This document shows, piece by piece, positions 1 through 14,974 of a stretch of 64,000 nt of DNA. The DNA lies in the NCBI GenBank assembly GCA_951406725.2, contig OX597818.1:126914001-126978000 (forward strand), written 5' to 3'. This DNA comes from Octopus vulgaris. Taxonomy: Eukaryota. The translations under genes were made by a program, and so were the position numbers. The notes below the pieces were generated by a model. It ran no database searches and was not told where the DNA came from. It was given only the letters and a program-made list of their open reading frames with translations. Each line of letters opens with the position of its first letter. Position 1 is the first letter of the stretch.

Positions 1-619
1 AACATATACACATGTATGGATGTACGTATCTTATGTGTGTATAGTGTATATGCATATAATACTTATTCTTATATATGTGTACATATGCATATATATATAT
101 ATATCCATGTATATTTATATATATGTGTGTGTTTCTATGTTTGTATGTGTATATATATACATGTATGTATGTATGTATATATATGTATGGATGGATGGAT
201 GGATTGATGTATGTATGAATGTATTAGTGTGTGTGTGTCTATGTGTGTTTATAGTGAAGAGATAAATGTCATACATTCAATCCACGGGTAAGGAAATAGA
301 TGAATAGAGAGATAAGTAGATATCACCGAATTATGATTATATTCTTATATATATACGTGAGATATCCGAAAATGAGAACATATGTACTGATTCCTTACAT
401 TGTTATATTCAGTCAAAGCCACCAGATCTATAAGCGATAAACGTATGACGTGTACTGATCATTCAAGGCTTTTGTAATGTTAGAAATGTGAAATAACTGA
501 ATCCCGAAATGGTATCCAATCTCAAAACCCCGCTTAGCATACATGCGTACATGCGTACATCCATCCGTCCATACATACATACATACATACATACATACAT
601 ACATACATACATACATACA

Positions 620-650
<31 letters not shown>

Positions 651-738
651 GTATATATGTACATACATACATACTTACATACATACATACATACTTACAT
701 ACATACAAACATACATGCATACATACATACATACATAC

Positions 739-769
<31 letters not shown>

Positions 770-990
770 CATGCATACATACATGCATACATGCATACAT
801 ACATACATAGATTCATACATACATACATACATTCATACATACATACGTGCATACAGACAGACACTCAGGGATGCATGCAAGCAGACGAACATATATACTT
901 TTGTATATACCAATATGGATACGTACATAGATACATGAATACGTGCACATCGATACGTACAGACATACGTGCACGCATACTTATGCATCA
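1..990. repeat. Compound microsatellite field: (TATG)n, (TA)n, (CATA)n
   Basis: Directly visible tandem repeats; overlapping ORFs are HTYI/MYVC low-complexity artefacts. Confidence 0.95.
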
Positions 991-1009
991 ATAAAATCGC
1001 AGTCTTACT

Positions 1010-1185
1010 CCGTCAGTTTCGATGAAAGGCACTCAGCTGTTCTCACGATAGAAATAATTATCCATTGAATGAGCATATAAGTGGCTGAGTACTTCAAATA
1101 CTTGTCCTGTACTTATGGCATAGTCCTCAGTCAGAATTAATTTGAGATAATGCGACTAGGCTGAAAAGTTAAAATTACAGGTACA
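1010..1185 (-). mobile_element. Degenerate SINE family C fragment (3' part)
   Basis: Reverse complement resembles the body of the 52438-52740 copy (gtggctgagtact...tacaggtac). Confidence 0.55.
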
Positions 1186-1196
1186 ATGTAACTGGC

Positions 1197-1335
1197 GAGC
1201 TTCTCCACAGTTTCCTTCTATCCAATTTCACCCACAAGCTTAGTTTAACTTTATGCCATAGAAATAGCCATTGCTTAAGATGCCAGGCAGTGGGACATAA
1301 CCATGAGCCATGAGATTATGCAGAAAACTTCTTAA
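1197..1335 (-). mobile_element. Degenerate SINE family B head
   Basis: cagtttccttctatccaatttcacccacaag...gcagtgggac matches the reverse of the family B head at 55796-55935. Confidence 0.65.
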
Positions 1336-1411
1336 GCGTTTGGATAAGATGCGCCCATTTGCAATCGCACACATATCTACAGCTACACAAATTATATATA
1401 TATATATATAT

Positions 1412-1595
1412 ATACTTTATTTAAAAGCAGCAGAAATATAACACAAGCTGTTACTCAGAGTTTCACGTTACCATTCGTCGGGTAGCTTTGTTAACAAATA
1501 TTTCTGCTGCTTTGAAATAAGGTATATTACTCTACCTCTGGTATTTGAGTACTCTTTTTTCCACGTCGTGTCACATTTATATGTTTACTCCGGTA
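1412..1595 (-). mobile_element. PLE-type terminal foldback element in (TA)n with a degenerate minimal hammerhead (1445-1488, minus)
   Basis: Arms tttattt-aaagcagcagaaata / tatttctgctgcttt-gaaataa; minus strand CCGACGA-atggtaacgt-GAAA-ctctgag-TA; second family copy at 18134-18308. Confidence 0.65.
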
Positions 1596-1748
1596 TATAT
1601 ATATAATGGAGTAAATGGAGCAAGAACATACTCGGAAACGAACGAAAGATTTCTGGACAATGGACAGACGCTAAAATAATAAAAATAGCAATAAAAGAGT
1701 GAAGGAAAGAAAAATATATATTTAGTGCGTGCGTTTATTTGGCAAAAA

Positions 1749-1749
<1 letters not shown>

Positions 1750-1830
<81 letters not shown>
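1750..1830. repeat. (TAA)n microsatellite
   Basis: Seen directly. Confidence 0.95.
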
Positions 1831-1833
<3 letters not shown>

Positions 1834-2111
1834 ATGACCATCCCGAAATACAACAATATTTATATTTATATATATATATATAGGCTAACGTTACATAGAT
1901 TGCAATTAATAAACGCCCGTTTTATCTATTTTTAAAAACCAATGACCTTACACGCAAATAAAAAACGAATATATTGGTTCAATGAAATTTGATCTTAAGC
2001 CTATGGGGAAAACTAATATGTTTTTGTTGTCAGAAATCGAATTGTTAAGATATTTTGAATTACACAACATTTAAAATACGAATAGTCGCGCTATATATTA
2101 ACATACGCTCT

Positions 2112-2290
2112 AAGGCGGTGAGCTGGCTGAATGGTTAGCATAGCGGCATTTCGTCAGTGTTTACGTTCTCAGTTCCAATTCCACCTTGGCCGACGTTACC
2201 TTTCATTATTCCAGGGGTCGAACACATAGGCCGATGCAATTGACTTACCCCATCTCCAGAATTTCTGACCTTTTGCTAACATTTGAAGCC
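2112..2290 (+). mobile_element. SINE family A copy (tRNA-like head)
   Basis: aaggcggtgagctggc...ttacgttctcagttccaattcc...ggggtcga shared with more than ten copies in the window. Confidence 0.8.
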
Positions 2291-2559
2291 AGTATATTAA
2301 TAACACTTTAAAAATATCAAAATAATTCTTTAATTTACTGAGTAGAAGAAAATTTGAGTATTGGCAAATGCGATGAAATCCAAAGGCATGAATATACAAG
2401 GCCTTATAAGACGTTGCTATTGCACGTTTTTGGTATCATTGTTCCCAGTTCCTCTATGTATCTGCCTACTGGTTTAAGAATTGCTGATAACGAGTTTTAT
2501 TCGCTTCATCAGCTTTATTAACTGCAATGATCCGCCGTAAGTTGTTTGAGTCTGGTTTG

Positions 2560-3350
2560 TAAAGCATTCATTCAGCGTAGTCAATACATGAAGCTTCGGA
2601 TTCGTGTGTTGTAAATGGTTGCATGTCTTTATTTGTCCAGCTTATTTGCATTTCGTAGCCCTCTAAGCCTTTGTCCAGCTCTATTACATATACTAGAAAT
2701 ATATTCTGACCGCAGTCACTGCGGTTAACTGTTACATCCATAGTTTGAAACATCTTTATCATCGAAAGAATCAGTTCCTAAATTGTAATGTGAGGCGCTT
2801 CTTTTCCATACAGTAACATTGCTCCAAAGTTATATGTGTGTGTGAGGGTTAGATTTTACTAGAAAAAGGTTGACAGTGATTTCGAAGTTTCGGTTTGCTC
2901 GCTGGCATCAGAGTGATGACGGCTTTTTGCGTTCTGGTAGAAACGCAATGACACTGATGCCATGCTGCATCGGCCCAAATATTTAATTTAACATAAACCC
3001 TAGATGTGTAGATCGAGGAGACTTCTTTGCATTGGAAACAGACAGATTTCCTCAAAACATCTAGCTCAGGTCTGCACATACATGTGCAGATAAATGTCTA
3101 ACCTTGACCGACGGAAGCTCCCTATAAGACAGTCGAAAGTATACATTTCTAGTCAAGATATAATTACTACTGAGTCAAAATATCGCTAAGTTTGGATTGT
3201 ATGAAATTGCACGTTTGCATTTCCTTAAGCTGATAATTCTGTTGGTAACGGCATTATCGTCACCACGTTGTGCCCATGCTGTCAAACATTACACAATGAT
3301 GAAAACCAAAGGGGTGGATGTAAGGGAAACAAGAAGCTCTCGATGAGGTG
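2560..3350 (-). pseudogene. Highly decayed CR1/L2-like LINE ORF2 C-terminal remnant (tentative)
   Basis: Translation IYTSRVYVKLNIWADAA...RTQKAVITLM...CQPF loosely follows the post-RT pattern Y..(V)RP.LEY...W....IQ.KA..L of CR1-group LINEs. Confidence 0.3.
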
Positions 3351-3513
3351 TGTCTGTAACCAAGCCTTCATCCCAAGTTAAGGCTAGCTCACATTATTTC
3401 TCCACTTGGTAAAAGATTTGTCTATTACAACATCGATATCGGCGTGTACGTCTGAGCGCGTGAGTCTAAATGTGTGGTTTGTATGTGTGCGTATATCTGT
3501 GTGCATGTATATG

Positions 3514-3581
<68 letters not shown>

Positions 3582-3700
3582 TATACATACATATATATAT
3601 ATAGAGAGAGAGATATTCATATATTTATATGTAAAGAGAAGCATTATGTGCATGTACGCACGCACACAAACACACACATGCACACGTACACATACGCACA

Positions 3701-3768
<68 letters not shown>

Positions 3769-4369
3769 TAAATATATAAGTATATGTGCGTGTGCATGTG
3801 TCCGCGTGTGCGTGCGTGAGTGCGATCGTAAGTGGTGTACTGTTTCGTGATTGAAATCTGGAGAGAGTATAGGTGTTAAGGGTTAGATTATTATTATAAG
3901 AAATTTAGCCGCTGCACAAATCTCCTGATGAGAATATATCTGAACGGAGGTATATCCGATATCAACCGATATCAGTGATATAATGATGTGTGAACAGGTC
4001 AACATTTGGTGATTTAATGTCATGCATTTGATAACGTTATTAAATATAAGTCCCGTTCTAATATGATGTGTAAAACATTTTTTTCTTCTTCGATTTCCTG
4101 TTAATACATTACTTTCGTGGTAATACATTCCATATACCAGTTGTGTGTATGTGTGTTTGAGTGCTTGTGCGTGTTACTGTGTGTGAGTGTGTGTGTGTGT
4201 ATGTATATATGTAAGTATGTATGTATTTATGTATGTATGTATTTATGTATGTATGTATGTATTTATTGTATATATGTATGTATTTATGTATATATATGCA
4301 TGTATGTATGCATGAATGTATTATGTATCTACTCCAGGGTAGTCTTGTAGTATATGTGTATATATGTCT

Positions 4370-4416
<47 letters not shown>

Positions 4417-4569
4417 GTATGTATATGCATGTATGTATATGCATGTATGAATGTATATGGTAGGTGTGTAAGCATGCATACACATATTAGATGTTTGAAA
4501 TATCACATGCAAGAACAAATATCTTATAGGTACCCCGTAGTGAAATATGTTCATCATATAAGTACTACG

Positions 4570-4613
4570 CCCTGTGAATGGATTTGGTAGACGGAAACTG
4601 AAAGAAACCGGTC

Positions 4614-4650
<37 letters not shown>

Positions 4651-4654
4651 CGTG

Positions 4655-4750
<96 letters not shown>

Positions 4751-5100
4751 AGTATGTATGTATGTATATATGTATGTATGTATGTATGCATTTGTGTTCT
4801 GTGTTTTGCTATCGCTTGACAATCGATGCTGGTCTGTTTACGTGCCCACAACGCAGCGGTTCGGCAAAAGGAACCGATAGAATATATATGTGGGGGTGGG
4901 GGTTCTGCTTGTTTGTCTTCTACCACCACTTGACAACCGGTATTGGTGTTTTTACGTTCCCAATAATTTTGCAAGAAACCGACAGAAAAAGTACAAGGTT
5001 TAAAAAAAACAAAAGAACTGGGGTCGATCCGTTCGACTAAAACTCTTCAAGGCGGTGCCCCAGCCTGGCCGCAATCTAATGAATGAAACAAATAAAAGTT
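4570..5100 (+). mobile_element. SINE family B copy with internal (TA)n/(CA)n microsatellite
   Basis: ggatttggtagacggaaactgaaagaa ... cgcttgacaatcgatgctgg ... ggggtcgat ... aaggcggtgccccagc; same modules at 55900-56200. Confidence 0.85.
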
Positions 5101-5931
5101 AAAAAATATGAACAAACGTAGTTAAACTAGGGGCTTAGTTTCACGGGAAGGTTAAATTTTTTTTTTTAAATCTGCTAGAGTTAATCTGTTTGTAAATCTA
5201 ATTTCAAACACGACGCGCTTGGTTTCGAATAATGTGTGCGCGAATGTCTCTGCGTGTGTGTGTGTTTAGTGTGCGCTTACTTTGTGTGTGCGAGTATGTG
5301 CGTGTGTGTGCGACAAACTTCCACATCAAGTGATGATCTATGACAGTAAAAAGAAAAGAATCTCCTTCTCATGGGATCTCGAACCTATTGCAGTCAAGGC
5401 TATAGATTCAAGACCACACGAAAGAGATCATTTCATACTCACCTGCCAAATTAATCTAACTGAACGTTTTACTTGTATAGGCTGACAGCATTACATCAAC
5501 AAATAACACAAGGGAATCACTTACAATTGTATCGTCTCTTAACCATGGTCAGATTAGATATTCTACTGCAGTCTAACACAAACAAGTTTCATAATTATAT
5601 TCTGTATATATATATCGTTATCATCTCGTTATCATCTCGTAGAATATGTTTAATCAGAAGTTATAGATTTAAGGTTAAAATTTTAAATATGAATTGCATC
5701 AGTGAACGGGCTATCTTACAGATCGTACTTTTAATGCGTAATTTGTAACCGATTAGGCAACGGTTGAACAAAAATTTGAAACATTGCTTAGTTATTTACA
5801 ATTGTAAAGAAAACAATTAGATGATATGTTTACTTTTTTTCCTTTCCAAATATTTCTGCTTGTAAACGTCTTATATAACTTATATTTAATATGTAAACCG
5901 TATGCATGTATTATGTATGTATGTATGTGTA

Positions 5932-5963
<32 letters not shown>

Positions 5964-6530
5964 TCATACATATATGTATGTATACACACACATTGGCAGT
6001 TATATAATATATTCATATATATTTCACACTTTCATTATCTTGCTTACAGCTCAATAGTTATCCAGAGTATACAAGCAAATATTTCCAAATTCTAAAATTT
6101 ATTGACGAAATATTTAACATTCCAAATTCACATGTAGTTGTTTACAAAACCACAGGTATGCCACAAATATGTCACCTACATGAAAATATAACTAATGAAA
6201 ATGAGTATGAGTTGTGGAAAAGGCATTGTTTAACAAACTAATAAATTAAGAAAATTTTGGTAATTAGTGGAGATTAATCTGGGAGTCTAATGAAATGTAT
6301 ACTTAACTTAGCCCTCAGATTGATAAAAACGCTCTCTGAGTAATCGATTTCTTTATTTAGTGAATGATTAACATAATTAAATATTGAACTCACATAGCTT
6401 CTTCCTCCTTACGGCATGAGTATTTTTAATTAAAGCTAAAACTGCTCACATGCAATTTGAAAAAAAAAAACGCGTGGTTACAGAAATAAGGAAGACAAAA
6501 TTTCCATCTTTTAGGGAGTAACAGACAAAG

Positions 6531-6750
6531 CAGCGAGCTGGCAGATTCGTTAACCCGCCGGGCAATATGCTTAGCGGCATTTCGTCCGTCTTTACATTCT
6601 GAGTTCAAATTCCGCCGATGTTGACTTTGCTATTCATCCTTTGGGTCTCGATAAAATAAGTACCAGTTGAGCCGGGGGACGGCGTAGATGTAATCGACTT
6701 ACCACTTCCTCCCGAACTTGCTGGCCTTGTGCCAAAACTTGAAACCATTA
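6531..6750 (+). mobile_element. SINE family A copy
   Basis: gagctggcagattcgtta...ctgagttcaaattccgccga...ggccttgtgccaaaacttgaaacc. Confidence 0.9.
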
Positions 6751-7459
6751 TGAGGGAACAATAGAAGTGAAAATATATTTTTCTATCTGAAAATTTTGTC
6801 TACACATTGAAATCTAAATATAGGTTTCATATTTTCTATAGTTGTGCATTTGTAGCCATGAAGACGTTTCTGCCTTGTGCGTCAGAGAAGTAATCTAACA
6901 TATTATCTATCAAGCTAACTATATATGTGTTTGTGTGTGCGTGTGTGTGTATGCGTATATGTATACGTATATTGTTTCTGCTAAGTTCACACAAGTCGAT
7001 ATAGTGGAATTTCCTTCTCGATATCGTTGCAATTGCTAGACAAAGAAATCGAATTTGCCAGGAAATACGTCACCATTTACTAAGAGCAATCGAGTTAATC
7101 ATGCACGCACGTAAAACTCTCGTCTTTAGTAAGTGATCAGTTTGAATCAAAAATCCGAAGTAGATAAACTGTTTGACGTATTCATATGACAGTGCTGTTA
7201 CACGCGAACCAGTACGACTGGTTATCTTAAAAATCAAGTTCCCCTTCTGTAATATTGGATTATATCGAGATGATGTATTGGGGAAATTCCACGGCTGTGA
7301 TGGTTATTCTCTAGATTCATTCAGGGATAACTTATAGCCGTTTTTAGCAGTAGAGATTTTAAGCTCACTGTAATTAAAATCTCACCAAGGTTAACTTATA
7401 TATTTCCCTCGAACTTCAAATATTTGTAATGCCCATAGAACAAATGGGAAAAATTAGGT

Positions 7460-7492
<33 letters not shown>

Positions 7493-7718
7493 GTGGCGAA
7501 TACTCGTTATAAGTAACACCGCCATCTACTAAAAGATGGCCAGCAATATTATTTGCTAAAGAAGTTTGAAACCATGGTATAACCGTTATATAACAAGGTA
7601 AAGATTTTTATTTTTCATTTACTTCGAAATTTGCTATAAAATTGTGGTTGTTGGCCGTGTTGGCTGCTACTTCTAGCATGTAAAAATTACCTGTTAAAGG
7701 GTAATTTTCTATTTTGAA

Positions 7719-7754
<36 letters not shown>

Positions 7755-7759
7755 CTTTC

Positions 7760-8551
7760 TTGCATGAGATAACATTAACAATAGAATTTCCAACCTCTCT
7801 TCTTCTGAAAAAAATTTCCATAAGGCAGCCATTAGTAAAATAATGTCCAGATTACAGAAATCTCATCTATCCGAACCCGAACAAGAATCAAATTTACAAA
7901 TATACAATATACAATTATATGGTTTGCCCGCTTCTTTCTCTTTAAATGCTAGAACTAATGTAGGCAATAAATTCTTGGTACTGATAGATACTTATTTCCC
8001 CAATAGTCTTAGATATAGGCAAATTTTTAATAGTCGTTCAATGAAGGTTGCCTACAGCTGCAAATCGTATACGAAAACCATTACTTCACATAGGTCATCC
8101 AAGATTCTTAGTCCAGACCATAACTTCAGGATCCCACTCACATACACACTAGGCCGGACATGCATAGGTAGATCAATTATCTACAACGCCGAAGTTGCCT
8201 CCGTTCTGCAAAGTAGCGAAATCAAACCAACATACTGGATTATGTAAAAGTGACTTCAAAAAAATATGCTTCAACTATGAGTCCTCTCCCAGATATGTTG
8301 ACACGAATAATAGAACAGAGATCGCATGTCACATTTGAAAGTTGGAAGATGGCAATATACCATACACCATTGAGAGGATCCCCGTAGAAAGATGAAGGAC
8401 ATATGTCAACAGCTCAAAAATATACAAGATCTGTATGTTGAAACAGGGCATATCACCTAATTAGAACGAAGAATTATACCGTCTTCCAAACTTGAATTCG
8501 GAAATATTTACAAGACGTATACATATCGTCAAATTCCTGTTGTCATACTAG
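7760..8551 (+). pseudogene. Penelope-like element remnant: RT C-terminus, linker and GIY-YIG endonuclease
   Basis: FSLNARTNVGNKFLVLIDTYFP..YRQIFN..SMKVAYSC; CIGRSIIYNAEV; frameshifted TGLCKSDFKK..NYESS..TEIACHI*KL..NIPYTI..NSEIFT..KFLLSY matches the PLE ORF C-terminal pattern; stops and frameshifts present. Confidence 0.8.
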
Positions 8552-8830
8552 AGGACACCTACCTCACCGGGTGAGATACACTAATAAACAAACTTTATCC
8601 TTTAAATTAACTCTTCTAGTTGAAGATTTCCGCATTCTCTATATGATATGTAATTCCTCAGATAAACATTATACCCTCAAACGTTAACGGTATTCTTACG
8701 TTCAGCTCTTACATTTAATAGAACATAAACTAGTGTAGTCAATCTATCTATGTGTGTGTGTATTTGTATGTGTGTGTGTGTTTGTGTGTGTGTGTGTGCG
8801 CGCACGCGCATGTGTGTGTATATGTGTGTA

Positions 8831-9641
8831 CGAAGTCTGTTCCAGAAATTTAGAGACTTTTTTGTGAGAGGCAGTTATAACTGTGCTAGATTTTTGTAAT
8901 TTTAATATATCATTACTGTACATCTAATACGCTGATGCATCAACTTTTGTTTTTCCAGATTGAAGGAGACGGATACACCGCCGTATACTACTTGTTACAG
9001 CTGAGTAGTTGGCAGAATGCAGTCGGGTTGTATAAACAGTTTGGAAGCGCGCTACGTGTTTTGTGTTAAACGAGGCAAAAACGCTAAGAAGCTTATGAAC
9101 TGCTCTAGCCTGCTTAATCATTAACATATATTGGCCGAGTATCTGTTTTTCTCTACCACAAGCGGCCCGGCAAAGTAAGTCTACAGGAAAGCTCATCATG
9201 ATCCCCGTTTTTGGTACTAAAGGCATCGTCTACCTCCACTAGGTTCTCCCTGGTCAGACGGTTCTCAAAATGATATTGACGTTTCGTTGCAAAAGGCCAG
9301 AAAACCTGTACCAGGGCAACGCACAAGTCCACAATTCCATCTTGGTAACCAACTACTTGACAAAAAACTGTCCCTAACCAGCCGTACGTTCCAAACCATG
9401 TCCTCTTTGACTTTTGGTTATTCTCCAAGCTGATTGATATGAAGCAGGAAGTTGTGACAAGGGTCCTGCGCACCTTCACTGCGGAGGATTCCTGAGCGGC
9501 CTTCATGAAGGGACTGGATTGCTACAAGAGATACGTTGAAATCAGAGGATGCTACTTCGAAGGAAATTAGAGTTTTATACCTCTTTGAAATGAATAAATG
9601 TCTTTCTTGAAAAAGTCTCAAAACTACTGGAATACATCTTG
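8831..9641 (+). mobile_element. Internally deleted mariner element
   Basis: About 31-bp imperfect TIRs (cgaagtctgttccagaaatttagagactttt / aaaagtctcaaaactactggaatacatcttg), TA at left; remnants FCVKRGKNA and PYVPNHVLFDFWLFSKL...RGCYFEGN* (degenerate YSPDLAP.D motif). Confidence 0.8.
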
Positions 9642-9689
9642 CAACATAACAGATTTTTCCGTCTTCTTTTATATTATATCATATTATAA

Positions 9690-9836
9690 CATATCATATT
9701 ACATTAAATTATGTTATGAGATATTATATTATATTATATTATATTATATTATATTATATTATATTATAATTTATATTATATACACATGTACATTTGTGTG
9801 TGCGTATTTGATTGTTTGTGAGGGAATGTATAAATC

Positions 9837-9902
<66 letters not shown>

Positions 9903-9924
9903 TTTATATATATATATATACATA

Positions 9925-9986
<62 letters not shown>

Positions 9987-9990
9987 CATA

Positions 9991-10054
<64 letters not shown>

Positions 10055-10270
10055 TTATATATATATATATATATATACATAGTAAATATTAGTCTATTAA
10101 TATTTACTCCGAAACTTTTAACAAGTTTTCACAAAGAAAAGTTTCCATGTAACTGTCAGAATTTCCTGTAAAAAATCAATGAATCTGTTAGTCTACTGAA
10201 AACAACTGGGTGATGATTCATTGTAATATTCAACTGTTTTGTATATAACTTTACATTCGCATATATACAT

Positions 10271-10354
<84 letters not shown>

Positions 10355-10376
10355 GAATTAATATATATACACGTAA

Positions 10377-10421
<45 letters not shown>

Positions 10422-10427
10422 CATACG

Positions 10428-10470
<43 letters not shown>

Positions 10471-10796
10471 TGATTCTAATTTACTGTTTGCATCACAAAA
10501 ACTATATATATATATATATATATACATTCATAAATGCATACGTATATATGAATTATATATACATATAGACAAAAATGTATATATACACATTTTATATGCC
10601 GGTAATATAGCAATTACAATATCTGTTACGTAGTAAATATAGGAATGATTGATCCATAATAGATTGTTGTAAAACCCTTTTGAAAAATGATCACATGTCG
10701 GATATTACTCTACTTTCTATGTCCTCTGTATTATAATACATGAAATCTATGTATATATGCATATGTATATATATATATACATACATATTTATACAT

Positions 10797-10834
<38 letters not shown>

Positions 10835-11328
10835 TTATATATGTATATATATATATGTATGTATATGTATGTATGTATGTCTATGTATGTATGTATGTAT
10901 ATATATATGCATGTATGTGTGTATATATGTATCAAGAACATATATTCGTGACGAAATATGTAATGATTCTATTGTATTGTATGAACTCATTGTTTCATAT
11001 GAAATAGATTCTATTACATTGAGTTTTCTGTTCTTTTATACGATAATAGGGTCGTTCTCTCAAAATCTAGTTTATTTGTATGATATTTTTTATATATATT
11101 TAGCTCTAGTAGATTATTGTCCTTAAATTTAAAACAGTTCTCTCGCCTCTGTATTTCTGATAAGATTTTTTAATATCTGTATATTACTTCCATTAGAAAT
11201 ATTCTTAGAAAATGGTGCACCACACTCTTTCTTTTGTCTTCTTTCTCTCTGTTTCACTCAGCCGTTCACTTGATATTGCATATAGCATCGACAGAGGAAC
11301 CCGCATGTCAACACGGGCACACTCAGAG

Positions 11329-11367
<39 letters not shown>

Positions 11368-11387
11368 AGAGAGAGAGAGAGAGAGAG

Positions 11388-11448
<61 letters not shown>

Positions 11449-11621
11449 TATAGATAGATAGATATGCATTCCTACATGCATATGTATAAACATAAATATC
11501 TATTAATATATATATTTATATATATATATATATGTATTTTCATATATATGCATATATATGTATATACGATATATATATACATCTATCATCTATCTATCTA
11601 TATATATATAAATATATATAC

Positions 11622-11664
<43 letters not shown>

Positions 11665-11671
11665 AATATAT

Positions 11672-11738
<67 letters not shown>

Positions 11739-11740
11739 GG
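9690..11740. repeat. Long (TA)n-dominated microsatellite field with (CA)n, (GA)n and (GATA)n tracts
   Basis: Seen directly. Confidence 0.95.
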
Positions 11741-11789
11741 TGCTTCGTGTGTTTGCGTGCGTGTGTGTGATGAAGGACAAAAGGTAGAC

Positions 11790-12850
11790 TAAATCGACAC
11801 CAGTATATTAGTGGCGATTCATTCACATATAGAAGAACGGAAGAAATGTGAACTCAAAGCATATAACCAGGAGTAATGCTTTTGTGCATTTTGTCTGACG
11901 TGCTCACGATTCTCTTTGATCGCTGCCTTAATATCAGTTAAGGATTTCTGACTTAGGTACAAAGCTATTGATATCAGTATTTGACAAGTAACTAATCCAT
12001 TAATAATTGCTCCTAATTAAGGTATAAGGCCAGCAATTTCCTGAAGTGTCTATTCGGTACCATCGACCCCTGTAATTCATTGGAACCATATTTTAACGAC
12101 CACACATATAAAAGGCAAAGTTGGCCACAGCGGGATTTCTACTCAGATTGTAAATAGCTGGGACAAATACCAAAAGCATTTTTCAGATGCTGTAATGATA
12201 TCGTCAGTTTATCGCTTTAGATATCAACTAATAATTATTTCTACTAAAGGTACAAGGCCGGAAAATTTGAGGGGAGGAGTTTTTCGATCACATTGATCCT
12301 AGTGCTCAACTGGTACTTATTTTATTGACTCCGAAAGGATGATAGGCAAAGCCGACCTCGGCAGAATTTTAACTGGGAACATGTTACCAGAAGAAAAGCT
12401 TCTCTGCATTTTATTTCATCTGACGTGATCTTGAAATTAGCTAATGATTTTTGATTTAGAATTTAGGTACAACGTCATTGATATCATTATTTGATTGGTA
12501 CTTCATTTTATTGATCCCGGAGAGGAGAAAGGCAAAATTGACCTTCACAAAATTTGAACGCTGAAAGTAAGAGCCGGAACAAAGACCACATGACGCTGTA
12601 ATGATTCTGCTAACTTGCGGTCTTGAAGTATACAACAATAATCCTTTCTAGTTTTCGCACAAGGCCTACAATTTTGAGGCCTACAAATTTAATTTATATC
12701 GATGCAAGTGCTCAACTGGTACTTTATTTTACCCATCCCAAATCGATGACAAGCAAAGTTGACCTCGGCGGAATCTTAATTCAGGTTGTAAAGAGACAGG
12801 GGAGTGTCTTTAAGCATTTTATCCGATGCGCTAATGATTCTATTTACACC
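11790..12850 (-). mobile_element. Head-to-tail array of 4-5 old SINE family A copies
   Basis: Recurrent ggtacaaggcc...tcgaccc...ggtactta-tttattga...aaaggcaaagttgacctcggcgga roughly every 200-230 bp. Confidence 0.75.
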
Positions 12851-13267
12851 TAGACTAAAATATCCATTAATCATAGCTGTTAATTTATTTTGAAATTATC
12901 ACAACGTAGCATCATATAACTGAAAATATTATCTTGAATCATCTACGTGAAATTAGCGCACTTTGCTGTAAATTTAATTATATATATTTGGAGCCGAAGT
13001 CGCAACCTCTTCAGGGTTCCTAGATCTGCTAGAAATAGCAACCAAATTTATCTCAAATTCGATACCGTCTTAAAATCTTTACATTCGATAATACCTAAAT
13101 AAGAAACAGGAATACCAAGGTACGAGTTTATGTGATCATAGATTTGTTCAATCAGGGTTGATCTGAACCTACACTGTGACAATCACAGCAACAACAAATT
13201 CAAAAATAACAACTACATGAAGAATAACTTGAAATTTTATCAGTCAATATCAATGGAACTTTTCTTT

Positions 13268-13485
13268 TGGGCGACGAGCTGGAAGAACTGTTAGTAGGCC
13301 GAGCAAAATGCTTAGCGCTATTTCATCCGTCCGTACGTTCTGAGTTCAATTTCCACCGAAGTCGACTTTACCTTTCACCCTTTCAGGGTCTATAAAACAA
13401 GTAGCAGTTAAACACTGGGATCGATGTAATCGACTTAACTCATCTCCTGAAATTGCTGGCCTTGTGCCAAAATTTGAAACCAATA
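13268..13485 (+). mobile_element. SINE family A copy
   Basis: ggcgacgagctgg...ctgagttcaatttccaccgaagtcgacttt...ggccttgtgccaaaatttgaaacc. Confidence 0.9.
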
Positions 13486-13949
13486 TCAATGAAACTTTTG
13501 TTGCTGATTTGAACTTGTCACTCTTATCTTAATGTCGATGAAAATAAAATTCTTTACTGGCAAAATTAATAAATCTTGTAAGAGGTCAATAATTATTTAA
13601 GACTCGTTCCTATTCCTCGCTAACACTCAAATCTTGTAACTTAACATACTGGAATAACCTTAAATATGTTAAAAGTCACTGTGACGAATGTCTGTCGACT
13701 CATTCCTACATCCTTATTACGTCAAACATTCTTTGTCACCAATAAAAGTTCATTCGTACCTATAAAAATAGTACTAGTACTCAATTAAAAATTAATTATT
13801 CATCTTAAAAAATGTATTCGTCCGTCGATGGAAATCTACAATAATATAAGAAGGATCACTACATACCTAGTGATTATTTAGTGTTTGTATATTGAATATG
13901 TGATCGATTTTTCTAATGGGAATAACAAAGCGGAGAACAGTAACATAAC

Positions 13950-14520
13950 AATTTGACTCGTCAGCTCAAATGCACCATTATTTCATCCACCTTAAGATGT
14001 CTTCTTATGGATATAAGATACTTTTATGTACGGCTTACTTAGGAGTCAGAAGTAGTGTTTATGATCTCTGCAGGCATTTACAGTCTGATAACATTGATAC
14101 GGTTGGTATTTAATTTCAAAATTTCTAACTCTACGCCTGTGTCAAAAGCATGAGCAGAGAAGGATATTTGCTTACCCCTTCTTCAGAAGGATGGTTAATG
14201 TGAAAAGGTGAGTTGTACTAACCACTTCATGTAATCAACCCGAGGTGTAGGTATTTGAAACGGAGCGGATGACGGGAAGATAAACGACGTGTATGCCACA
14301 TGAGTTAATTAGGTAGTGAAACTTGTACATGATACAGTACTGCTGATAGAATATGTACCACTGATCTCTCGCTGTATTTTTACAATTCCACTTTTTTTTT
14401 GCCATTTGCGTTCTCAATATACCAGTCATCCATATATTGTATATTGAAATCTTTCTATCAGATAAGTGAAAAACGTTATATTTCCCGACACAAAATTCCA
14501 CGAAGCTAATACACGGTTTG
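13950..14520 (-). pseudogene. Decayed CR1-like RT C-terminal remnant (tentative)
   Basis: VEFCVGKYNVFHLSDRK resembles the M.FN..KC.V.HLG motif of CR1-group RTs. Confidence 0.3.
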
Positions 14521-14974
14521 GTGCTTAGTTACATTCCTAACATAATTGACATTCATTTATTTACTTAACAAATGCGGGGACAATGTAAAATTTCATTTCT
14601 TTCTTGCTTTCCGTACATACTTGTGGCTTCATGTTTACATAACAAACTATTTTATTCGTGCAACTTTGTACACTTATACGCAGATGAACAATAGATGAAT
14701 GTTTATACTTAAAATGATATCCATATATCATGCTTTGTATCCAACGATAACTATCTATTAGTCATCTATATATGAAATCTTTTTTATTCGCAAACGGTGG
14801 TATCAAATGTAATTCTGCTAAACCTCTCTGTCGTAATAAACATCACTAAAATTTAATGTCTTTCGCTTGTCTTAATGTTGTTCGAAACTAAATACACAGA
14901 TGTTACAGAACATATTGTACTATTGGTATTTAAATTAATCACTTTGTTTTTTAGTTGTGACCATGTCGGGAGGT

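Noticed and set aside
5355-5420. tRNA-like B box (minus strand ggttcgagatccc)
   Set aside because: No cloverleaf or A box can be built; SINE heads elsewhere are likewise not called tRNA genes
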